Assembly (NCBI RefSeq): GCF_011386835.1 | Contig: NC_088792.1 | Location: 20,150,001-20,214,000, forward strand | Length of the DNA: 64,000 nucleotides | Source of the DNA: Chrysemys picta bellii | Taxonomy: Eukaryota | Direction of reading: 5' to 3' | In this document: positions 48,101-59,663 of the stretch, one piece after another | Position numbering within the stretch: position 1 is the stretch's first letter | How the letters are laid out: the number at the start of each line of letters is the position of its first letter | Position numbers and translations under genes: made by a program | Notes under the pieces: generated by a model | The model's input: the letters and a program-made list of their open reading frames with translations, nothing else | Database searches by the model: none | What the model was told of the DNA's origin: nothing

Positions 48101-49858
48101 AGAGGGGATTGTGATGTGAAACCAACACAACCCCCAGGTGATGAACTGAGAGGTCAGTACCACCCCTCTATGGGTACTGCTAGGCAAAGTTTTCCGGCTC
48201 TGGTGAGCTGGTTGCATGCACATCTAAATGGAATATGTGGCCACATCTACTCGAAGAACTCTGTAGTTAAGGTGTGTGTTCCATTCTTCACTTAAAGAGG
48301 CAATCTATGAAAAATAGAGCATATCCTCACCAAACTTACAGCACTTACTATTTGAGTAGAGAATGAATTTTCTGAGAAAGTACAGGTAAATCTATTAGTA
48401 GCTTATGAGTTAAAATATTAATTAAAAACCAGGTCCCTTGAAAATTTACCATTTGTATCAGTCTTTTCCTTGTCCCATGTGATTTAATAACGGAACACAG
48501 ACTCTTCAAACTTTCCACATAAGAAAAATTAATTGAAATCTTATTCATGGATTCTGTTCCTAGACAAAAAACTATGGTAAGATGCAGTTACGGCTGAGAG
48601 TAATCTAAGGGTAACAAATATTACAAGTTATAATTATCCCAAAACTGAAAATTATAAACCCAGGAAATTCAGAGTGGAGGTTACACTTAAAAGAAATCCA
48701 AAACATGTTAAGATAAGAAAAGCACAACTGAAGCGCTCAACCATATCTTGTACAGGCACCACACAATAACCATATGTAAGCATTTTACTGTTTGTGGTCC
48801 TAGATTAAACTAATTTTAAAGGCATGTTACACTTTATTCATGCTTTTCCTTCATTTAGGGTGCCAGAAGGAGTTGTTTAAAAATTATTTATGAATTTTGA
48901 TTAACCCCCCCCCCCACATTAATTAATAAAATAATAGTAGGACCATTTCTTATAAAGCCTATTAAAAGCTGGATTGAGAGAAACAGTGCCAGTCTACAGT
49001 CTGATTTTCTCTTGGAGCCACTGAAGCAAGTATTAGGATTGTGTGCATTTATTTTTGATTAAAAATAGAATGTAACATGTATGCGTTTCAATGCACGTTA
49101 GGTGCAGCCCATGTCTCCTGGCAAATACCCAATGAAGCCTATAAAGGTTTTACTGGTATAAAATTAGTTGCAATTTATATAATTTAAACATGTATGTATA
49201 TTTCAGGATAAATTGGTCTGGATTTTCTGTACAAGTACAGTCTAGCTGGTAGATTTTTTTTTTTTTTTTTTTTTACAGTAATGGAGTTCCAAAAATGAAT
49301 ATAAGTTTTATACTGCGTGGTTCCACTTTATCACTTATTTTCAGTTGTATGTACAAATCACGTATCTGCTGAAATACTTAATATAAAACAACTTCCACTT
49401 AAAAGGAAAATGGTGAATTAATGGGATCAGATCACAAGTTGTCAGAAAGACAAGCACACAGCAGGTTAAAAAAGAAATAATGAAAAAAATGTAAATATTT
49501 AATGTAAAACTACTCTAAAAATCAACTTTCTAGTCTTAAATTGCAGGATCTCATATTTTCTCCAATTCTTTGTATTGCAACTCCACACTGTGAATCTAAT
49601 AACTGTTACAGTTTCACATATGCTGTCAACTTCTTTCCCCATTGGAGCTATGAAGTTATTAATAGAGTGACAAATCTTGCAGTCTTTACTGAGACAAATT
49701 CCCATAAACAGCAATGGAAGTTTTATGTTAGTGAAAACTGAAGAACTTGACCCACAGTGTGTTATTTATTCTTTACAATAAAACCTGCAAACACGGACAT
49801 ACTTCAATGATACTTCAGTACATGAGCGTATGCCAACTTATGTTATTATTTTGCTTAC

Positions 49859-49954
49859 CTGAGCATACATATTACTGACTTGGCTTTCACAGAGAAGATG
49901 CGTACATCTGCTTGTAAGCGTGGGGTCCACAGTGCCGCCATGTGCTTGAATGAT
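49859..49954 (-). CDS. PAXIP1: PAXIP1 exon [32 protein letters not shown]
   Basis: ttaccAG|ATC...CAG|GTAAGC; 96 nt. Confidence 0.96.
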
Positions 49955-50870
49955 CTGGTAAAGCATTAAAACCAAATTTTTAATTAAAATGTTTGTTAAT
50001 CTAACTAGCCCCCAGTTTCAAATGGAGTCATCTGCTTAACAGACAATGTTAGGGGAGTGTTTTTACACCTTAAGTGCTGGCCTCAGTTAAAAAACAAACA
50101 ATGGCATACTTGCAAGAAGCAAGTAAGTTTTGCAAACAAAGCCAAGTTCTTTCATACATCAATATGACAAGTGTGTTCTCTTGCTTATTCATCTTTAAAA
50201 ACGCATCCATTCATAATGATTTAAAAATGCATTACTTGGGAACAGCTTCTCTTTGTATGAGTTTAAAAAAAGACAGTGTTACCTGTTCCGTAACTGGTGT
50301 TCTTCGAGATGCGTTGCTCATGTCCATTCCATAATAGGTGTGTGTGCTTGCCACATGCACTGGTGCCGGAAGTTTTTCTCTCAGTGATATCCATACGGGA
50401 CTGGCTCTGGCACCCTCTGGAGTGGCGCGCACATGCCATGGTATAAGGGGCACTGCCGGCTCCCCCCACACTCAATTCCTTCTTGCCAGAATCTCCGACA
50501 GTGGGGAAGGAGGGCGGGTCATGGAATTGGACATGAGCAACACATCTCGAAGAACACCAGTTACAGAACAGGTAACTGTCTTTTCTTCTTTGAGTGCTTG
50601 CTCATGTCCGTTACATATTAGGTGACTCCCAAGCAGTACCAGAGGCAGGTAGGAGTTCACAGACGCGTAGATTGCAACACAGCTCTGCCGAACCCAGCGT
50701 CATCTATGGCCTGCTGAGTGCGCCATGAATGTGTGAATTGAAGACCACATTGTGGCTCTGCAAATGTCCTGGATGGGAATATGCGCCAGGAAGGCCGCCA
50801 AGGACGCCTGGTCTCTGGTCGAATGGGCCCTCATGATTGGTGGCGGTGGGACTTGTGCCAGCTCATAACA

Positions 50871-51217
50871 CAGTGGTGGGCTACCGGCAACCTACGGGCC
50901 GCACGCAGCTCATCAGGGTAATCCGTTGGCGGGCCACGAGACAGTTTATTTACATTGACTATCCAAAGGCACGGCCACCCGCAGTTCCCAGTGGCCGCAT
51001 TTCAACGTTCCTGGCCAATGGGAGCTGCGGGAAGAGGCGCGGGCTGGCCGCCGTTTCCTGCAGCTCCCATTGGCCAGAAACAGCGAACCGCAGCCACTGG
51101 GAACTGCGGGTGGCCGTGCCTGCGGACGGTCAATGTAAATAAACTGTCTCGCAGTCCGACAGCAGATTACCCTGACGAGCCACGTGCGGCCCGTGGGCCG
51201 CAGGTTGCTCACTACTG
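50871..51217 (+). mobile_element. Palindromic hAT (Charlie/Buster-type) MITE, 347 bp, in the YR ORF of DIRS E
   Basis: CAGTGGTG...CTACTG termini; exact 8-bp TSD TCATAACA (50863-70 / 51218-25); arms are inverted over ~150 bp. Confidence 0.9.
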
Positions 51218-51870
51218 TCATAACAGCTCCGGATGCAGGAGATGATCCAGTTGGAAATCCTCTGGGAGGGCACCGAAAGGCCCTTCTTCCTGTCCGCTGT
51301 CGCGATGAAGAGCTGGGTTGACCTGCGGAAGGGCTTGGTACACTCCAAGTACAACACCCAGGCACGTCTGACTTCCAGGGCTTGCACCCTCCTTTCCTCA
51401 CTACTGGGGCGCGGCTTGGGACAAAACACCAGGAAGAAGATCTCCTAGATGACATGGAAGGAAGACTCCACTTTCGGCAGAAAGGCTGGATGGGGTCACA
51501 GTTGAACTTTGTCCTTGTAAAACACCATACATGGCAGCTCCGATGTCAGGGCTTTAATCTCTGACACTCGTCTCGCTGATGTTATTGCTACAAGGAAAGC
51601 GACTTTCCATGACAGGTGGGAAAGGGAGCAGGAGCCCATAGGCTCAAAGAGCAGACCCATGAGCCTAGAAAGAACCAAGTTAAGGTCCCACTGTGGCAGA
51701 GGAGCCGAAACCGGCGGGAAGAGCCTCTCAGGAATCTGATTGACATGTCATGCGAGAACACCATCTGACCTTGGATCGGTGGGTGGAAAGCGGAGATGGC
51801 CACATGGTGCACCGTGATGGAAAGAGGCTAGTCCCTGGTTCTTAAAATGAAGCAGGTAATCTAAGATAGA

Positions 51871-52637
51871 TTATAAGGAGGAGCATGACAAAGAGATGTT
51901 ACGCTTAGACACCCAATAGGAGAACCTCGTCCACTTCGCCAGGTAGGTTGCTCTGGTGAAAGGCTTCTTGCTTTCCAGGAGGACTTGCTGGACCTCATCA
52001 GAGCAGGCCCGCTCTTCTGGGTTCAACCATGCAGCATCCAAGCCGTGAAGTGGAGGGAGGCGAGGTTGCGGTGGAGGAGGTGCCCGTGATCTTGGAAGGG
52101 GCCAGGGAGTGGTCGCCGCTGGGTTCATCAGTGTGCTGAACCAATGTTGGCACAGCCACACTGGGGTGATCATCATGACTTGGGCCTTGTCTCTCTTTAT
52201 ATTTGACAAGACTCTGCTGATGAGTGTCATTGGGAATGCGTATATCAGACCCCCTGACCATGACAGGAGGAAGGCATCGGAGAGAGAGCCCTTGCCCAGA
52301 CCCTGGAGGGAACAGAATTGATGACATTTTCTGTTCTGTCTTGCGGCAAACAGGTCCACTTGGGGAGTTCGCCACCTCTGGAAGAGCATTTGGGCTACCT
52401 CCGGATGCAGCGACCATTCGTGGTGAGAGAAAAAAAGACCTGCTGAGGCGATCTGGTCATGCCGGGGAGGTGGCAGGCCTCCAGGTGCATCACGTGCTTG
52501 ATGCAGAAATCCCACAATTGGAGAAGCCTCTTGACAGAGTGCTGACGAGCGTGCTCCCCCTTGTCTGTTGATGTAAAACATAGAGGCCGTATTGTGCGTC
52601 ACCACTCTCACCACATTGCCTGACAGATGCGGTAGAA
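51871..52637 (-). pseudogene. DIRS copy E RNase H C-terminal part and methyltransferase-like (MT) domain
   Basis: VTHNTASMFYINRQGGARS (RNase H); PQVDLFAARQNRKC and LIYAFP (DIRS MT motifs). Confidence 0.78.
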
Positions 52638-52964
52638 CAGGGGTCGGCAACGTTTGGCAAGCGGCTCACCAGGGTAAGCACCCTAGCGGGCCGGGCCAGT
52701 TTATTTACCTGCTGACGCGGCAGGTTCGGCCGATCGCGGCCCCCACTGCCGCGGTTCGCCGTCCCGGGCCAATGGGGGCGGCGGGAAGCTGCGGACAGCA
52801 CATCCCTCGCCGCTTCCCGCCGCCCCCATTGGGCCGGGACGGCGAACCGCGGCCAGTGGGGGCCGCGATCGGCCGAACCTGCCGCGTCAGCAAGTAAATA
52901 AACTGGCCCGGCCCGCTAGGGTGCTTACCCTGGCGAGCCGCGTGCCAAACGTTGACGACCCCTG
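52638..52964 (+). mobile_element. Near-perfect palindromic hAT MITE, 327 bp, in the RNase H of DIRS E
   Basis: CAGGGGTCGGCAAC...GTTGACGACCCCTG; TSD CGGTAGAA/CGGCAGAA; removing it rejoins VFLP|HLSGNVV. Confidence 0.92.
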
Positions 52965-53113
52965 CGGCAGAAAGACCCTGCAGGCCAAACGTACCACTCT
53001 GAGCTCCATGACGTTTATATGCAACATCATCTCCTCCAGGGACCACGTCCCTTGGGTCTGTAGCTCGCCTAGATGCAACTCCCCAGCTGATGTCCGAAGC
53101 GTCCGATATCAGT

Positions 53114-54217
53114 TCAACTGAGTGGTGTGGGCTGTCGAACGGAACTCCTTCCAGGACAGCCTTGGGATCGGTCCACTATTGCAGGGAGGTAAGTAATGGT
53201 CTTGTCCAGGTGATCTTTGGGCTGGAAATAGACAGTTGCCAGCCACTGCTGCCAGGGTCGCATTCTGAGCCTTACATGGCGGATGACATACATACATGCT
53301 GCCATGTGGCCCAGCAGATGCAGACATACCCGGGACGTGGTTAGAGGGAATGCAGAGACCCCTGCGATGAGGTCCATCATCGTCTGGAACCTCTCCTGCA
53401 GCAGGAAAGCTCTGGTGCAGGTGGAGTCGAGCACCGCTCCCATGAACTCTATCCTTTGCATCGGAACTAACGTTGACTTCTTGTCATTCACCAACAGGCA
53501 CAGGGACCAGCACATGACCTGTAGCACCGTGATTTCCCTTTGGACTTGAGACCTGGAGCGGCCTTTGACCAGCCAGTCGTCGAGATACGGGTATATTTGA
53601 ATACCCCGATGCCTGAGGTAAACTGCTATCACCGACATGCACTGGGTAAACACCCTCTGTGCTGTCACTAGGCCAAAAGGGAGACCCGCAAACAGGTAGT
53701 GGTCCGATCCCACTGTGAAGCACAGGAAGCTTCTGAGTCCTTGGAAAATTGCTATATGAAAGTACACATCCAAGTTGAGGGCAACACACCAGTCTCCTGG
53801 ATCCAGGGAGGGGATGATGGGGGCCAGGGAGACCATGCGGAACTTTAACTTCTTTAGGTATTTGTTGAGGTCTCGCAGGTCCAGGATGGATCTTAGACCA
53901 CCTTTGGCCTTTGGGATTAGAAAGTACGTGGAATAGAACCCCTTGTTCCTGTACTCGCGAGGAACTTCCACTGCTACCTTCATCTCCTGTGTGAGGAGAC
54001 TTTTGTGAGAAGGGTCCCTGAAGAGGAACAGGAAAGGAGAGTGGGAGGGGAGGTAGAAAGAAACTGGAGGGAATAGCCCTGGGCCACTGAGTTGAGGATC
54101 CAGCGGTCCGAAGTTATCGTGGTCCATGCAGGGAGAAAAAAAGAAAGACGCTTTGAGAAACATAGGGAGGATGGAGCCGGGTACAGTCTGGTTGGTCGCC
54201 CTCAGCTGCACCCTCAA
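53114..54217 (-). pseudogene. DIRS copy E reverse transcriptase ORF (367 aa)
   Basis: GFYSTYFLIPKAKGGLRSILDLR, LPFGL, YPYLDDWLV. Small deletions and downstream frameshifts make it non-functional. Confidence 0.9.
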
Positions 54218-57200
54218 AACGCCTGCTAGCCACCCTGCTTATTGCGGGAGGCGCCCGATTGGGTAGAGGGTGGAGGTTGGTGGCTCTGGCGACGTTTGTA
54301 GCCTTTGCTGATCTCCTGCCTGGGTTGGCTCCCTTGACCCTGGGGCTATTGCAGCTTGAACTGCCTACGGGCCAGACCAGGGATGTAGAGCCCTACGGTT
54401 TTCAATCTAGTACAGGAGTCCTTCAACCCGTTTAATTTATTGTCTGTTTGCTCATCAAACAGCACTTGGCTATCAAAGGGAAGGTCCTGTATCGATGGCT
54501 GGGCCTCTGTCGACAAGCCCGAGAGAAGGAGCCAGGACACCCTCTGCATGGAGATGGCTCAGGCCATGGTGCATGCCGCAGAGTCTGCCGCGTCTGAGGC
54601 TGCTTGCAGGGCTGCTTTGACTGCAGCCTTGCCCTCATCGAGGATCACCCAGAACTCCTTCCTGGTGTCCTCGGGAAGCGAATCCTCAAACTTGGCCATG
54701 GCTTGCCACATATTGAAGCCATAGCAGCCAAAGAGGGCTTGGTTGGTGGCCACCCTCAACTGGAGGATGAATAAATTTTGTGTCCGAACAAATCCAGCCT
54801 CTTTGAGTCTTTATTCTTAGGAGAAGCTCTTGGTTGGCCTTGTCTCTCCCACTCATTAACAGTCACTACTACTAGGGAGCTTGGGGCCAGGTGGGTATAT
54901 AAGGACTTATGACCCTCAGCCAGCACAAAGTACTTTCTTTCTGCCCTCTTGGAGATGGGGGGCAGGAATGAGGGTGTATGCCACAGGGCGTTTGTGATCT
55001 TAGACAACTCTTCATGGAGGGGCCGAGCCTGGCCGGTGTTGTTGATCAGAGGACATTGAATAGGGAGTCCAACGGTTCCTCCAGCTCCTCTGCCTGGAGC
55101 CCCAAGTTAGAGGCAACTCTTTTCAACAGTTCCTGATGAGCCTTAGCATCATCCTGAGGAACTGGGTGAGGGGCCCCCAAAATTGCCTCATCAGGCGAAA
55201 ATGAGGAAGAAGCTGCTGCCATGGGTTCTGACACGTCCATTGGTGGTCCAGTTGGCTGATCCCCGTGGTCCGCATGAGCCTGAGGGGTTCCTGTTTCAGG
55301 AACGGCTGGCTCTGGGGGAGGGCGGGATACTGAGGCCGATGGTTTGTCCAAGGCCCCTGCCACTGCCCTGAGCCCTTGTGATGGCTGGGTAAGCCCTGTG
55401 GGTTACATGGGTACCAGGCAGCTGGCCACTGGCCCTGGGGCAGTTGACGGTACCGCCGACATCAAGGGGACCACCGGTGCCGGGTTTTGGCACACTAGCA
55501 ACGATTCCTGTCCAGTGCCGGAGCTCAAGGCCAAGCGGTTGCTCTTAGGTGACCATGAGCAAGTAGATTGGCACTGCAGCGACCAGGATCGCCAATCACT
55601 GTGCTTGGAAGGGGAACTCTCCACTCGGGACGAGTCCCTTCCGCGGGTCCTTGGAGACCGACAGTGTTTGGCGGATTGGCGACGGCGTTTCAGCGATCTA
55701 CACCTCATGCTGCTCAACCAGTACCGGGATCTGGAGTGGGAATGAGAGCTGCAGTGGGTCAGTCTCTGGGAAGACCTTCCTCCCGACCTAGGGGATCCGT
55801 GTTGGGATAACACGTACCAGCGAGCCGACAACTGGTGACTCTGCTCCTGAGACCAACTGTCTTGGGCCCGCAACCAGTGACAAGCCATGGGTGAAGCAAT
55901 GGGCCGGGTCTTGGTGCTACTGATGCTGGGAAGGGCGGACTTCTATAGGCCTGTGCCAGGTCACTGGCGAGGTGCGCCTTGAGTCCTGCAGGCGGTGCCG
56001 TGAGTCCGGACACTGGTGAGGGCTTCGCCAAGCCTGCCTCTCTGCCTTCAATGCCTGGTGGCTCCGCGTGGGCAAGCGCTGGTGGGACATCCCCCACGAT
56101 GGGGAGCAGTGCCGCTGAGATGGTGACCTGTAGAAAGGACCCAAGGTGGGTTTACCCTCAGACCGGGGTACCGCCGTAGCCGGTGTGGACGGCACCGGTA
56201 GCACCAGGATATCCTGCACTGCCTGCGGGGCCTCGGGCATCGACCGGACCTCTAACTGACGAAGGCCCTCGTCATTGTCCAGCGTGGCAGGCATGGGTTG
56301 GGTGGGCTGGACTGCTCAACCTGAGCTGGGGCCCGACTCCCGGTAGGAGGTATCGAGCTGCCCTCCTCGGGCCTTGGCTCCCCTCCTACCTGAACCTTCC
56401 TATTGCGGGATGTAGGAGATCTTCCTCTCCTGGTCTTCTTTTGCCGTTTGGCAGATGCTGGGGAGGGGGATCGATGGCGTCAGTGGGGCTCTCCGCACTG
56501 ATGCTGTGGTGCTCGGGGCAGAGTCGGACCTCGACTGCTCCAGTGTCGGAGTTAAAGCTGACTCCATTAAGGAGCACTTTGAGACGGAGGTCTCTCTTCT
56601 TCTTAGTCCGAGGTTTGAAGGACTTGCAGATACGGCTCTTGTCACTGATATGCAATTCGCTGAGACACCTTAAACAACTATTATGCGGATCGCTGATGGG
56701 CATCCATTTCTTGCAGCAAACGCAGGGCCTAAAGCCTGAGGACCGAACCTAGACTAAGCCCCATTTGGGACCAACCAAATAAATCACTCTAACCCTAACA
56801 CAGTAAGGGAAACTGAACTATGTACAACTATTTTACAAGAAAAGTTTGAAACACTGAACAAAGTGAAAAAAGCTAGCTGAAGCAGCAGACGTTACAGAAC
56901 AGTCACTGGTGCCAAGAAGGAACTGAGGGTGCAGGGAAGCCGGCGGCGTCCCTTGTATCGCAGCATGTGTGCACCGCTCCAGAGGGTGCCAGAGCCGGTC
57001 CCCTACAGATACCACTGAGGGAAAAACTTCCAGCACCGGTGCATGCGGCGATTACACACAGCTAATATGGAATGAACATGAACAAGCACTCGAAGAACTA
57101 TTAGTATTTGAATGAAGGGGAAGAAACAGACTGTAGTTTACACTTTTTCGCTGAACCATGAAAGATGCATTCTCATCTTTAGAAATATTAGAAAAACAAA

Positions 57201-57489
57201 TATGTGATAACTATTAGTACTCTTTAGAAAATTGAGCAGGGCTTTTTTGTGTGTGTGTATGCTTAGCTATAAAATTAGTTTACAAAATCATGCAATTCAG
57301 CCTGGATAGTAAACACAAAGTCTCTACAGAACATTCACTGTTAGAATTTAGCATAATAAAATACAGTTATGTGGTAACTTTGACTACAACCTGTCCAGCA
57401 GAGGCTCCGAGAAGATCAGCCTCCTCTCAATTGGCAAAACCCCAACCCTGTTCTTTTCTAATATTTATTCATCAGCATAGGTGAAAATA

Positions 57490-57680
57490 CACCTCTACCC
57501 AGATATAATGCAACCCGATATAACACCAATTCGGATATAACGCGGTAAAGCAGTGCGCCGATGGGGGGGGGGGGCTGCACACTCCGGTGGATCAAAGCAA
57601 GTTCGATATAACGCAGTTTCACCTATAACACAGTAAGATTATTTGGCTCCCGAGGACAGCGTTATATCGAGGTAGAGGTG
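57490..57680. mobile_element. Tc/mariner (Tigger/pogo-type) MITE
   Basis: TA|CACCTCTACCCAGATATAA...TTATATCGAGGTAGAGGTG|TA; ~22-bp TIR and TA TSD. Confidence 0.88.
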
Positions 57681-58116
57681 TACACTCCTCTCCCATTTCA
57701 TTCACCTCTATCAGATGTGTGCTTCACAGCCTACTTAGGCCCATTTAACTGCTGAAGTTATTATATGTGCACAACTTTATTTTTTTAAAATAGTGATGTA
57801 AAATGCAAAAAAAATATGATAATGCAACATTAAGATTGCAAAGTTTAAAAACACAAAAGGCCAGGAAATGCTAAATCATGCTACCAATAGCAGCATTAAC
57901 TGAGCAATATTGCATTTGTTGCATTTTCTATTCCTGTTTTGTCTGGTTAACTCCGTAGTTTAATATTATTGTTTATGTCATAAAATAGATAACAAAACAT
58001 CTGGAATGTGTAGCACAAAGTTTGTAGTGTTTTTAAAACCACAACACTTGCACTCTTTGATAAGTAAAATAATTAGAAAGCAATCATATTACATTTTGAA
58101 TAAGGTGGAACCTTAC

Positions 58117-58211
58117 CCGTTTCCAGGTCGCTAACAGCTGTTTGTCAGACATCTGTTCTGGGTAATCAGCAATTGCAAAAACACAGCCCAACAGGAAATA
58201 TTCTTCTGGAA
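58117..58211 (-). CDS. PAXIP1: PAXIP1 exon (I)[31 protein letters not shown], start of BRCT3
   Basis: ttctAG|TT...CGG|GTAAGG; 95 nt, phase 1 in / 0 out. Confidence 0.96.
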
Positions 58212-58930
58212 CTAGAACAGTTTGCAGATGAAAGAATAGAAAATTGTAAACTAAAGCAGTTTGGAGGCTACCATTTCAGACCACATTTGTTATATTCAAA
58301 TTTCCCACTATCAGCTATGGAATAAATGAATTTTGAATTTTCTTTCTTTTTAAGGAATTTAATGCTCAAAGGTTCTAGAATTGGACACCCTGGGCACTGA
58401 AGTCCTGCTTCTCTAGAATACAGCTCAAGAAGTGTTTCCCCCCAGTGTGAAATGAAAACTAGGTCAACCAAGAATTATATGCTATTCATTTCATATAAAC
58501 CACCACCAGTGAGATGGAAAAAACTTCCCAGCTGATACCAGGATGGGCAGGAGCTGAAACAGAAATCTAGATGTGAATGGTAACGGAATATCAATTTCTC
58601 TCATGACCCATCTAGTTTCCCAGCCTTTGGAATATTCTTCCCCAACCTCTCTCTTTTTGAAAATTTCCCTCTCTACCTCAAAAAGTAAAGTTGTGTTTTG
58701 CTTTATATGTACAGTACACATAGACTAACACAATATATGCATTTAGATGGTAGTGGCGAAAAACACAAACCAGAAAATAGGAAGATCTCAATGCTTTCAC
58801 CTTCCATCAAGTACTGGATAGTCCCTAGTTTATAGTATATTCTATTTTTGATCAAGAACAAATTTTAACCCAACAAACATTTCATATGATTGACCATCAC
58901 TTTCAGGATTATAAATCAATCATTACTAAC

Positions 58931-59427
58931 TCTCTATGGCTGGATCATGTCCAAACAGCTGATGTTGTTGCAGCTGTGGCTGCTGGTGATGTTGCAGTTG
59001 CTGGGCTGGCACCTGATGTTGTAGCGGCTGAGATGTTTGAGTCAAATGTTGCGGCGCTTGAGTTTGCATTTGCTGCTGTTGATGTTGCTGATGTAATCGC
59101 TGTAAATGCTGCTGTTGCAACTGCTGTTGCTGAATTTGCTGCTGTTGCTGCTGTAGTTGTTGCTGTTGAAGGTTCTGCTGCTGTATTTGCTGTAATTGTT
59201 GCTGCTGCAACTGTTGTTGTTGTAACTGATGCAACTGCTGTTGCAAGGCATGCTGCTGTTGGAATTGCAGCTGTTGCTGAGGCCGGTGGAGTTGTTGTTG
59301 AGGATGTAGTTGTTGCTGTGGAAACTGTAGCTGCTGTGCAAACTGGTGTTGCTGATGAACTTGCTGTTGCTGTTGTGAAAACTGATGAGACTGTTGCTGT
59401 GGGAAAGGTTGTTGAGGAATCTGTGGT

Positions 59428-59459
<32 letters not shown>

Positions 59460-59663
59460 CAACTGCATAAGTTGTTGAGGTTGAAGGTGTAAAAGAGGGT
59501 GGTGCTGTTGCTGCTGTGTTTGATGTTGTTGTTGTTGTTGTAATAAATGTGTCTCTGGAGTTAATTTCACTTGGCTAAACAACACAGCGTTTGTATGTCC
59601 CTGTTGGCTATGATTTACTTGTTGTTCTAAACTTTTTGTAGGTGCTGAAAGGGATTGCAAGAT
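58931..59663 (-). CDS. PAXIP1: PAXIP1 polyQ exon ([23 protein letters not shown]...[12 protein letters not shown])
   Basis: Acceptor ttttctAG|ATC at 59664-5; donor A|GTTAGT at 58930; 733 nt; matches ORF 58926..59660. Confidence 0.96.

Larger units (their letters stand above)
42564..48258 (-). mobile_element. DIRS1-like copy D, decayed, with CR1 and DNA-transposon insertions
   Basis: Right ITR/ICR 42567-42905; YR remnants 43142-43815 (TSTRRVCELQAL); RT N-terminal part in ORF 45218..45919; left ITR ends ctactcgaagaa at 48258. Confidence 0.87.
50264..57097 (-). mobile_element. DIRS1-like copy E, most intact (gag, RT-RNaseH-MT, YR, ITRs, ICR), interrupted by two hAT MITEs
   Basis: Left ITR ends cactcgaagaa at 57097; ICR 50520-50620; gag 56745-54240 (CLRCLSELH..C..C); RT ORF 53114..54217 with YPYLDD; YR 50700-52000; CpG-rich. 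Confidence 0.92.
11950..59663 (-). other. PAXIP1: PAXIP1 (PTIP) gene, 3' portion (15 coding exons + 3' UTR); 5' exons not found in the window
   Basis: Hand-spliced exons total 2142 nt (713 aa + stop) in one frame with consistent intron phases. Peptides match vertebrate PTIP as recalled, e.g. [68 protein letters not shown]. The 3' end is estimated from the poly(A) signal. Confidence 0.97.

Noticed and set aside
49380-49720. Possible cryptic exon, snoRNA or alternative terminal exon
   Set aside because: No paired splice sites, box C/D or H/ACA motifs, or protein similarity that I could support.
52490-53046. Mirror-image ORFs on both strands
   Set aside because: Artefact of the palindromic MITE.
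54440-56752. Many overlapping GC-rich ORFs on both strands; possible CpG island/promoter
   Set aside because: All fall within gag of young DIRS copy E; GC and CpG richness explains them without invoking a host promoter.
34817-57097. Universal TTC target-site duplication for DIRS copies
   Set aside because: It fits copy C and the mini element, but the flanks of D and E do not show it clearly.
58886-59470. 194-aa Ala/Val-rich plus-strand ORF, and the Ser/Asn-rich ORF 59042..59341
   Set aside because: Antisense and alternative-frame shadows of the CAG/CAA polyQ exon.
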